A stretch of 60,180 bases of DNA from a virus. Lineage: Duplodnaviria > Caudoviricetes. Positions 53,754 to 60,180 of the stretch are shown piece by piece. A program made the translations under genes and the position numbers. The notes under the pieces are model-generated. The model was not told the DNA's origin. It searched no databases and saw only the letters and a program-made list of their open reading frames with translations. The stretch lies in the IMG/VR virus record IMGVR_UViG_3300028840_002990, positions 1-60,180 of that record, one strand, 5' to 3'. Every line of letters starts with the position of its first letter. The stretch's first letter is position 1.

Positions 53754-54359
53754 ATGACTAAATACTTACTTGCAGATAGAGAATTGAACGGCCCAAGCGA
53801 TTCAGATTTTTATGCTGTTTTTTGGGATACCGAAAAGCAGGAAATCCGCTCTGAGTTTTACGGTACTACACGATGCGCCGCCCCGACCGTTGCGCCTGTT
53901 GATGAATATCCTCGTGACATTCCCGAAAGCGAACTTGAAAAGGCTCGGGAATATTTCAAGGCTAGTTTGTTTGAAATCTTGAAAAATCAGGATATTCGTG
54001 AACGTGATAAACCGCAAGATGCAAGCCGGGGGGATTTGTTAGCAGTTTTGGACTCTGGCACATTCAAGGATAAGAAGCGAGGGACAGAGGTTGAATATCA
54101 GGCTGGGGAAACTGGTACTGTAATTTGGGTTGGTACATTCAACAAGATATATCGCAACGGATACAACAAACGCGATAGATCAACCCTTAGAGTCGGTTTG
54201 AAATTTGAAGATGAAAGGGTTATCTTTGTTGACTTGGAAAAATGCAGGCAGGCGCGGGAATACAAAAGCAATGAAGAATTAGAACGCGCCTCTGAACGGA
54301 TAGCGAAAACAGACCGTTTTCATATTTTGTTCAACTATCACGGCTTCATCAAATTCTAG
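53754..54359 (+). CDS. Hypothetical early protein
   Basis: DSDFYA.FWD..YGTTR motif; SH3-like central region. Confidence 0.75.
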   Translation: MTKYLLADRELNGPSDSDFYAVFWDTEKQEIRSEFYGTTRCAAPTVAPVDEYPRDIPESELEKAREYFKASLFEILKNQDIRERDKPQDASRGDLLAVLDSGTFKDKKRGTEVEYQAGETGTVIWVGTFNKIYRNGYNKRDRSTLRVGLKFEDERVIFVDLEKCRQAREYKSNEELERASERIAKTDRFHILFNYHGFIKF

Positions 54360-54537
54360 GAGATATTGAATTTGAAACGTGGCCTCTCCCCGGTTGTCGT
54401 CAAACGGGCTGAGAAAGAGGTGTCACTTGAATTGCCTGCTCTACTGGATACCGTAGAATGATTGAACTGTTACACCTTTTGGTTTACGATGTAGTGATAA
54501 TAGTCATCCTGATTTGCGCCTTGAAAAGAGGATAAGA

Positions 54538-54831
54538 ATGATATTTGAATTTAGCGCATATGATAAGGACTCGAATTGCAAAGTTTGTAAAGAGCATGTA
54601 AGCAATCTCCATTTAGATGGGTGTGAGGTTGGGGCAATTCGCAAGGCGTTGAAAAGGACACAGGAACGTGAGAAATTCTGGCAAGAAAAGGCCGGGAGGA
54701 TGGCGCGAATTGCTAATTGGATGTACCAGAATATCAAGGATAGCGACCTGCCAGATAATGAGGTTGATCAAGCCCATGATTATTTTAGGGAGATCATGGA
54801 ATTGATAGACTTTGACGAAGATTTGATTTGA
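54538..54831 (+). CDS. Hypothetical protein
   Basis: GAGG RBS; CKVC..H...C. Confidence 0.6.
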   Translation: MIFEFSAYDKDSNCKVCKEHVSNLHLDGCEVGAIRKALKRTQEREKFWQEKAGRMARIANWMYQNIKDSDLPDNEVDQAHDYFREIMELIDFDEDLI

Positions 54832-55026
54832 CACAGGATAGAAATCGAGTATAATACCTTTACAACTTAGGCGCGTGACAAGTACACGTGCCGACCGTGT
54901 GGAAAGCGGTAAACTAGCAATGACGAGAACTCCCCTATTTATGGCGTTCTGTGCATCTTGCCCCATTCATTGTTACGGCACTTTCCACAGATCGCAGAAC
55001 GCCATAAGCAGAGGAGTTTTTTTATT
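54828..55026 (+). ncRNA. Promoter and structured leader RNA (C4/CI antisense-like) upstream of the replication genes
   Basis: TTGACA-16-TATAAT; pairs TGTGGAAAG/CTTTCCACA, TAGCAATGA/TCATTGTTA, TTATGGCGTTCTG/CAGAACGCCATAA, AACTCC/GGAGTT plus T-tract. Confidence 0.6.
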
Positions 55027-55120
55027 TCAAAAAAGGATAAGGTATGAGCAAATGGGATTTGAAAAAAAAGAGAGCCGTGTACAATAAAACTTCTGATGAA
55101 TTTATGAGAAAGGGTATCTT

Positions 55121-56053
55121 ATGAGTATAGGAGTTATGGAAGCGGTTTTGAAAGCAGATTTTCCAAAGTATATTGAATGGGAAAAAAACGGAAAACCACG
55201 TAGAACAAAATCAACAACTGCAAAAATTCTTTTGCTGTGCTATGCCGATAAGTCAAACGAAGAGGGAGAGGGTACTTATCCCGGTTACAATCGCCTGAAA
55301 ATAGAAACGGGGAATTTGAGTGATCAAGGGCTTGCGGATACGATTGAGGCTCTAAAACAAAACACTTTTTTAGTTTATGAGGGTAGAAGCAAATACAATA
55401 CAAATTCCTATAAGGTCAATATTGAAAAACTCAAATCAATGTGTCATCCTGTGTTTCTCAAGCCACTTGAGAAACGAGACTCAAGCCACTTGAGAAACGA
55501 GACTCAAGCCACTAGAGAGAATCCGTTAGTTAAACCGTCAGTTAAACCAAATGGTGCTAAAGCACAAAAAGAAAAATCATATAAACCTGATTTAGAATCT
55601 GCAAAAGAACGTATTGAAAAACAAAGAGCAAGCAAGGGAGATATTTTAGACTTCTTTACTCAGACCCAACCAGAAATAAAAATCATCACTGAAATGCGTG
55701 AGCGGGTTAGTGCCGCTGTTGGATTGAACCTTACTAGAGAGTGGGATAAGACCCGCTCTGATTGGAACGGATACGAAAAGAAATTGATAAAACGCGAAGT
55801 GGAAACAGGCGAAACGATTGAGCAATTTATGGAGTGGTACAACTCCGATGAATTTAGGAGAGACAACCAACGGATTTGGTTGAAACCTGATGTGATTGAA
55901 AAGTTTTGGCCTAGTGCGTTTTCAGAACAAGAACCAGATCGCCCGGAATACAAAAAGGTAAAGTATAACCCTGAGGATGACAAAAAATATGCCCCGCCTC
56001 CCGAAACCAAACCCCGAATATTACGAAATCAAGTTGCAAAAAATCAAGAATAA
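55121..56053 (+). CDS. Replication initiator (wHTH, lambda O-like)
   Basis: AK.LLL.YAD..N.EG..YPG..RL..ETG; internal iterons; upstream of DnaB. Confidence 0.78.
   Translation: MSIGVMEAVLKADFPKYIEWEKNGKPRRTKSTTAKILLLCYADKSNEEGEGTYPGYNRLKIETGNLSDQGLADTIEALKQNTFLVYEGRSKYNTNSYKVNIEKLKSMCHPVFLKPLEKRDSSHLRNETQATRENPLVKPSVKPNGAKAQKEKSYKPDLESAKERIEKQRASKGDILDFFTQTQPEIKIITEMRERVSAAVGLNLTREWDKTRSDWNGYEKKLIKREVETGETIEQFMEWYNSDEFRRDNQRIWLKPDVIEKFWPSAFSEQEPDRPEYKKVKYNPEDDKKYAPPPETKPRILRNQVAKNQE
55454..55548. repeat. Iterons, putative replication origin
   Basis: CTCAAGCCACTTGAGAAACGAGA x2.7 (23 bp, palindromic) then CCGT(T/C)AGTTAAA x2. Confidence 0.78.
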
Positions 56054-56249
56054 ATCTGCTCCTATACTTGCAAAATTTGAAGCAGGAACAGGAAAGCAAA
56101 GAGACTTGGCAATATTGATTAGTTATATGCAGGAACTTGATTTCCTTTATGATGAAATGATTACCAATCCCCCGGCTGTTATTAGTCAACCTCTGAGTGA
56201 AGAAGATGCAAATAAAATAGCCGATTTTATGACAAGGAAAAAAGAATGA
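55977..56249 (+). CDS. Hypothetical protein (possible helicase accessory)
   Basis: Between initiator and DnaB; ATGA overlap with dnaB. Confidence 0.6.
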   Translation: MTKNMPRLPKPNPEYYEIKLQKIKNKSAPILAKFEAGTGKQRDLAILISYMQELDFLYDEMITNPPAVISQPLSEEDANKIADFMTRKKE

Positions 56250-57580
56250 CAGAACAAAATATTCCCCAAAACTTAGAGATAGAGGAAACCGTTATAGGGA
56301 CGATTTTTAGGGGAGGTCGTGAAACCTACGAGTTGGTATCTGATTTTGTCTCTGTTTCCGATTTTTATAGTCATTCCTTGCAAACAGTTTGGAATGCGAT
56401 TGAAAATGTCTATCAAGATGGGTTGCAGATTGACTCCATTACCGTAGGTGATTTTTTAGAACGCAATAGACGCTTGCAGGATGTAAGTCATGGGCAAAAG
56501 GTAGGACTCGTGTACTTGTCATATATACACGAAGCGGCGGGGTTGCCGGGGAATATCGAAAGTTACGCAGATCAACTAAAAGAATATTCTGTAAAACGAG
56601 AATTACTGAATCAAGCTAATCAAATTGCCGCTTGGTCATTCAATGGGCGTAGGGCAAAGGATATTGTTTCTGATGTGGTTCACAAATTCGGGGAAATTCA
56701 AGTGACTAATGGGCAGGCTGATAAACATACACAATCAATTGGGGATGCCGTTTCAGATGCTTATACCCATACATCAAAAGCCGCAAATGGAGAAATCCAT
56801 TGCGTACAAACTGGATTGATTGATTTGGATACCCTGCTGACGGGGGTATATGGTTCTGACTTATTGCTTATTGCAGGTCGTCCGGGACAGGGCAAAAGCG
56901 CATTGCTTACCACAATCGGAAAAAACGTTGCAGAAACCGGAAAACGGGTTGCAATTTTTGGTCTTGAAATGTCAAATAAACAAACTGCTCAAAGGTTGGT
57001 TGCTCAGGTTAGTGGAGTACCAACAGACAGGCAGAGAAGCGGAAAATTACTAGAGGATGAATGGGTAAAATATACAAATGGAGTAGAGGAAATAAGCCAA
57101 CTTCCAATTATCCTAAACGATATGCCTGCAATTAGCCCAAATGGGATTAGAAAGGTTTTGCGTAAAATAGGCGATGTTGATCTTGTGATTGTAGATTATA
57201 TTCAACTACAAAAATCAGACGAAAAAAGCGATGTGCGCTATCAGGAGGTGGATGCAATTTCACGCGGATTGAAGGGGGTTGCAAAAGAATTTGATATTCC
57301 TGTTTTAGCGGCGGCTCAATTATCCAGAGCAGTAGAGCAGAGATCAAATAAGCGGCCTGTGTTATCAGACCTGCGCGAAAGTGGGGGATTAGAGCAGGAT
57401 AGCGATGTAGTTATGTTTATTTATCGCGCTGACCTGTACGAAAAGAACGCAACCCAAAACATTGTTGAGGTGATTGTAGCAAAACATAGAAATGGTTCTG
57501 TTGGGAGCGTTGAACTTGTATTCAGACCTACCCTAACGAAATTTGAAAATGCTGTTACTAAACAGGTAGAGTTTGCGTAA
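56246..57580 (+). CDS. dnaB: Replicative DNA helicase
   Basis: AGRPGQGKS, LEMS, IVDYIQL, QLSR..RP.LSDLRESG.LEQD.D, AKHRNG. Confidence 0.96.
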   Translation: MTEQNIPQNLEIEETVIGTIFRGGRETYELVSDFVSVSDFYSHSLQTVWNAIENVYQDGLQIDSITVGDFLERNRRLQDVSHGQKVGLVYLSYIHEAAGLPGNIESYADQLKEYSVKRELLNQANQIAAWSFNGRRAKDIVSDVVHKFGEIQVTNGQADKHTQSIGDAVSDAYTHTSKAANGEIHCVQTGLIDLDTLLTGVYGSDLLLIAGRPGQGKSALLTTIGKNVAETGKRVAIFGLEMSNKQTAQRLVAQVSGVPTDRQRSGKLLEDEWVKYTNGVEEISQLPIILNDMPAISPNGIRKVLRKIGDVDLVIVDYIQLQKSDEKSDVRYQEVDAISRGLKGVAKEFDIPVLAAAQLSRAVEQRSNKRPVLSDLRESGGLEQDSDVVMFIYRADLYEKNATQNIVEVIVAKHRNGSVGSVELVFRPTLTKFENAVTKQVEFA

Positions 57581-57590
57581 TGAAACGTTC

Positions 57591-57619
57591 TTGACAAGCA
57601 ACGCAAGCCATGATAAGAT
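57591..57619 (+). promoter_or_regulatory. Sigma70-type promoter upstream of cassette array B
   Basis: TTGACA-17-TAAGAT; upstream TAATGAAAC(G/A)TTCTTGACAA shared with 5161-5180. Confidence 0.7.
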
Positions 57620-57636
57620 GGATGCAGATAGGAGAA

Positions 57637-58266
57637 ATGAAGGTGAAAACTGAAACAAAACCAGTTGTATATCAAGAGAAATGTCAAAGTTTGACATTTT
57701 GCTCCCCCGAATTTTTGGCTGAGATCAAGGAACACGGCGATACAATTGAATTCAATATCTTTGAGATCGCCCAAAAAGTACGGGATTACATGATTTCTAA
57801 TGCAACCATCCCGGTTGAAACCGTGTACTATGAAATTGCTACCTATGCCCTGAGAGGCCGCAAGCCTCGGACGGTCAGAGATTGGGTTGAGGGGATTGCG
57901 GGATTTCAGGATGAATCAATCACAGGATGGACAGAGGCAGGGCTTACAATGTCTCATTTCAAATCTGCCCGAAAACTGTACCGGGATGATTTCGTAGAAT
58001 CCCCCTCCGAGGCTTTGGATGCCTGCATAAACCAGCGCAAAGAATCAGATCGCCCCTTGACCGTTTCACAAATGGAAAACCTTTTCCTGCCTGTTGAAAC
58101 CGGGCAAGAGGAGTTATTCAAATTTGCTACGTGGTTGAGAAGTATTTTAGACAGGCAACCCCCGGCCTTTTGGCCTGAGAGTAAACGAAAAGAATTTTCA
58201 AGCTGGCTTGATTATGGTAAAAAGTTCATGCCGGAACTAAAATCAAAAAATGTACATTCCGCATAA
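57637..58266 (+). CDS. Hypothetical protein ending inside attI-like site B
   Basis: TAGGAG RBS; last codons NVHSA come from the site. Confidence 0.75.
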   Translation: MKVKTETKPVVYQEKCQSLTFCSPEFLAEIKEHGDTIEFNIFEIAQKVRDYMISNATIPVETVYYEIATYALRGRKPRTVRDWVEGIAGFQDESITGWTEAGLTMSHFKSARKLYRDDFVESPSEALDACINQRKESDRPLTVSQMENLFLPVETGQEELFKFATWLRSILDRQPPAFWPESKRKEFSSWLDYGKKFMPELKSKNVHSA

Positions 58267-58279
58267 ACACTAGTTGGGC
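58249..58279 (+). mobile_element. attI-like site B
   Basis: AATGTACATTCCGCATAAACACTAG|TTGGGC; near-identical to 20359-20385. Confidence 0.72.
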
Positions 58280-58307
58280 GGACTCGTCCAAACGAAAGCG
58301 AGTATAA

Positions 58308-58532
58308 ATGATAACAACTCAAGATAAATGTGTATCAGTAGATGATGCGCTAAAAAAGCTAAATTTTATGAAGGCAAGCGGACGGCGTATGTTTTTTTTG
58401 AGTGAACTCAATCCAGACGCTGCCCAACAACGCGTGCAGCCGACTCGTTGCACTGTGCCGAATTGTCACGCTGGCATGGTTCCAGATGGCACATCAGCGC
58501 GTAAAACATGTCCAGTGTGCAACGGCGGCTAA
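58308..58532 (+). CDS. Cassette B1 cargo; second half encoded by the attC
   Basis: 74 aa; CTVPNC..CPVC lies within the hairpin. Confidence 0.6.
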   Translation: MITTQDKCVSVDDALKKLNFMKASGRRMFFLSELNPDAAQQRVQPTRCTVPNCHAGMVPDGTSARKTCPVCNGG

Positions 58533-58548
58533 CGCAAGTCCGTTAGCT
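58422..58548 (+). mobile_element. attC site B1 (127 bp)
   Basis: GCCCAAC..GCGTGCAGCCG / CGGCTAACGC..GTTAGCT; inner CGTTGCAC/GTGCAACG. Confidence 0.88.
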
Positions 58549-58577
58549 GGCTTCTTTGCCAGAGAAAGAAGGAAACA

Positions 58578-58778
58578 ATGTCAGAAGAAATTGGTTTTGA
58601 AGTCTCGCATGAATCCGCAGTCAAAATTGCTTTGTCAATGTATCTTGGCGAGAAGTGTAAGTATTGCGGCAAAGAGTATAAAACTCTTGAAGATTTGAGT
58701 GATACGGTATGGGCTGGCTATCACGAACATGGTCGCCTTGCCTGTCAATCTTGCTGGAATAAAAATAACGCCAGCTAA
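58578..58778 (+). CDS. Small Zn-finger-like protein, cassette B2 cargo
   Basis: CKYC..CQSC; stop codon inside R''. Confidence 0.8.
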   Translation: MSEEIGFEVSHESAVKIALSMYLGEKCKYCGKEYKTLEDLSDTVWAGYHEHGRLACQSCWNKNNAS

Positions 58779-58858
58779 CAAAGCATGGAGCGGACGGTAG
58801 AAATGTTACCTGAAATCCTGACAGCTTTATCGTCCGCCGCTCATGCAGGCCGTTAGCC
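58773..58858 (+). mobile_element. attC site B2 (86 bp)
   Basis: 58772-58856 is identical to 20607-20691. Confidence 0.9.
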
Positions 58859-58883
58859 TGCTTCGTGCGGGCAAGGAGAAAAC

Positions 58884-59162
58884 ATGAACACACGTGATAA
58901 ATGTAAAAATTGTGGCGGTGATAACAGCATCCATCACTACCAAACAAATCAATGTCCTGTTGGTGGGTGCGAATCCGCAATTGGCAGGAAACAGGAATAC
59001 ATGACAACCACCTTTGAGCCTGATAACGAAAGTGAAGTCTCAGAGTTACGTAATTCTGTAAAGGAATTACTTGCCCGCGTTGAAGAACTCGAAGCGCAGG
59101 TTTCACGCCTGCAATCTGGTGCTGAGTTGGAAGAGTCTGTGCGTATCTTTGGCGCAGGCTAA
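58884..59162 (+). CDS. Cys/His plus coiled-coil protein, cassette B3 cargo
   Basis: AAGGAG RBS; CKNC..HH..CP; stop codon inside R''. Confidence 0.8.
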   Translation: MNTRDKCKNCGGDNSIHHYQTNQCPVGGCESAIGRKQEYMTTTFEPDNESEVSELRNSVKELLARVEELEAQVSRLQSGAELEESVRIFGAG

Positions 59163-59246
59163 CACAGCGTGCAGGCGACAAGGGCGGGCGGTGGTTCTTT
59201 ACTGCCAAAGTTATACCGCCCTTGCGCCTAACGCAAACCGTTAGAA
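59157..59246 (+). mobile_element. attC site B3 (90 bp)
   Basis: GGCTAAC..GCGTGCAGGCG / CGCCTAACGC..GTTAGAA; inner CAAGGGCGG/CCGCCCTTG. Confidence 0.9.
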
Positions 59247-59255
59247 GGCTAAAAC

Positions 59256-60056
59256 ATGTTCACTTTGCACAACAAGGATGTCCGAGAAATAATCGAGTCT
59301 CTGAAACACGGCGATATTGATGTCGTGTTTACAGACCCGCCCTATGGCATAGAAGGCTCATCTGGCAAAATAAATCTTGCGCGTGGCAAAGGTAATTATT
59401 CCAGCGAGTTTGAAGATACGCCAGAGTACATCGAAAAAGTTGTTGTGCCTATTGTCAAGAAACTTATTTCAGTTTGTGGGTGTGTGGTTCTTACTCCGGG
59501 TAACAAAAACTTTTCTTTGTATCCCCAGCCTGATTCGTTTGGTTGCTTTTATCAGCCTGCCGCAGTTGGCTTGCAAGTGTTCGGAAATCTTGACGCGCAA
59601 CCAATTTTTTATTATGGCAAAAATGCGTCAAAGAAAAACATGGGCGTTCCATGTTCCTACCAACTCACCGAGAAAGCCGAAAAGAACGGGCATCCATGCG
59701 TAAAGCCTATAAAGGCATGGAAGAAAATGCTTTCAAATATTAGCCTTGTAGGGCAAACAGTATTTGATCCATTCATGGGTTCAGGCACAACAGGCGTTGC
59801 CGCATTGCAACTTGATAGAAATTTTATAGGCTGTGAAATCTCACCTGAGTATTATTCCATCGCTGAGAAGCGCATACAATCGGCGGCTTTACAGCCATCG
59901 CTCTTTACGCCTTCTAACAACCGCTTGCACCCTGACGTGGGGGATTCACCCGCGCAGCAAGCATTATTCACCCCAGAAGCGGATACCGCCGAAGGGAAGT
60001 TACCTGCACCCGCCCCCCCGCAGGTAAAGCGAACCGTTAGGCCGCCCCTTGCCTGA
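59256..60056 (+). CDS. DNA N6-A/N4-C methyltransferase (beta class), cassette B4 cargo
   Basis: TDPPY..HPCVKP..FDPFMGSGTTG..FIGCE; C-terminus reads through the attC. Confidence 0.92.
   Translation: MFTLHNKDVREIIESLKHGDIDVVFTDPPYGIEGSSGKINLARGKGNYSSEFEDTPEYIEKVVVPIVKKLISVCGCVVLTPGNKNFSLYPQPDSFGCFYQPAAVGLQVFGNLDAQPIFYYGKNASKKNMGVPCSYQLTEKAEKNGHPCVKPIKAWKKMLSNISLVGQTVFDPFMGSGTTGVAALQLDRNFIGCEISPEYYSIAEKRIQSAALQPSLFTPSNNRLHPDVGDSPAQQALFTPEADTAEGKLPAPAPPQVKRTVRPPLA
59912..60042 (+). mobile_element. attC site B4 (131 bp)
   Basis: TTCTAAC..CGCTTGCACC / GGTAAAGCG..GTTAGGC; inner GGGGG/CCCCC. Confidence 0.85.
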
Positions 60057-60180
60057 GAATGGGGCAGAAAGGAAACCATGAACGCAAGTATCAAGGTGAT
60101 GAATAGTTATGATTATTGCCATTTTGAAGTGGCATTATCAGCCGAAGATGTCTCTCTTGAAGATGTTGACAATCTTCGCA
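60037..60180. repeat. Terminal direct repeat, right copy
   Basis: Identical to 1-144. Confidence 0.95.

Noticed and set aside
54875-55087. 70 aa ORF in the replication leader
   Set aside because: Weak start, coincides with the strongly paired RNA structure; more likely non-coding.
58621-59208. 195 aa minus-strand ORF across cassettes B2-B3
   Set aside because: Antisense to two RBS-bearing genes, crosses an attC, no motif; shadow ORF. The same applies to most short overlapping ORFs in the track.
58422-60042. attC hairpins as intrinsic terminators, REP elements or CRISPR repeats
   Set aside because: No U-tracts, variable length and sequence, whole genes between them, conserved AAC/GTT boxes and cassette-specific end complementarity.

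Overview
The window appears to be a complete circular tailed dsDNA phage genome of 60,036 bp: bases 1-144 repeat exactly at 60037-60180. Gene order is siphovirus-like: early/accessory genes, a DNA-modification-like cluster, terminase, portal, DUF2213 protease, capsid, tail, lysis, a glycosylation cluster, a leftward membrane/RecU/LexA-like operon, then replication initiator and DnaB. I found no integrase, tRNA or CRISPR array. The standout signal is two integron-style gene-cassette arrays without an integron integrase, at 20359-21032 and at 58249-60036 continuing into 1-989. Each array opens with the same attI-like site downstream of a sigma70-type promoter. Together they hold five complete attC hairpins, and each cassette's end box is complementary to its own start, the footprint of insertion as a circle. 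The cassettes carry phage-type genes, and some read through the attC. A second candidate system is a set of head-associated effector domains (two ADP-ribosyltransferases, a JAB domain, a 2H phosphoesterase, ChaB) linked to shared His/Gly-rich tags and recurring Asn/His putative protease sites. There are also two candidate small RNAs with anti-Shine-Dalgarno loops and a conserved early-gene leader. All product calls come from motif recognition by eye; no searches were run, and the host cannot be determined from the sequence alone.
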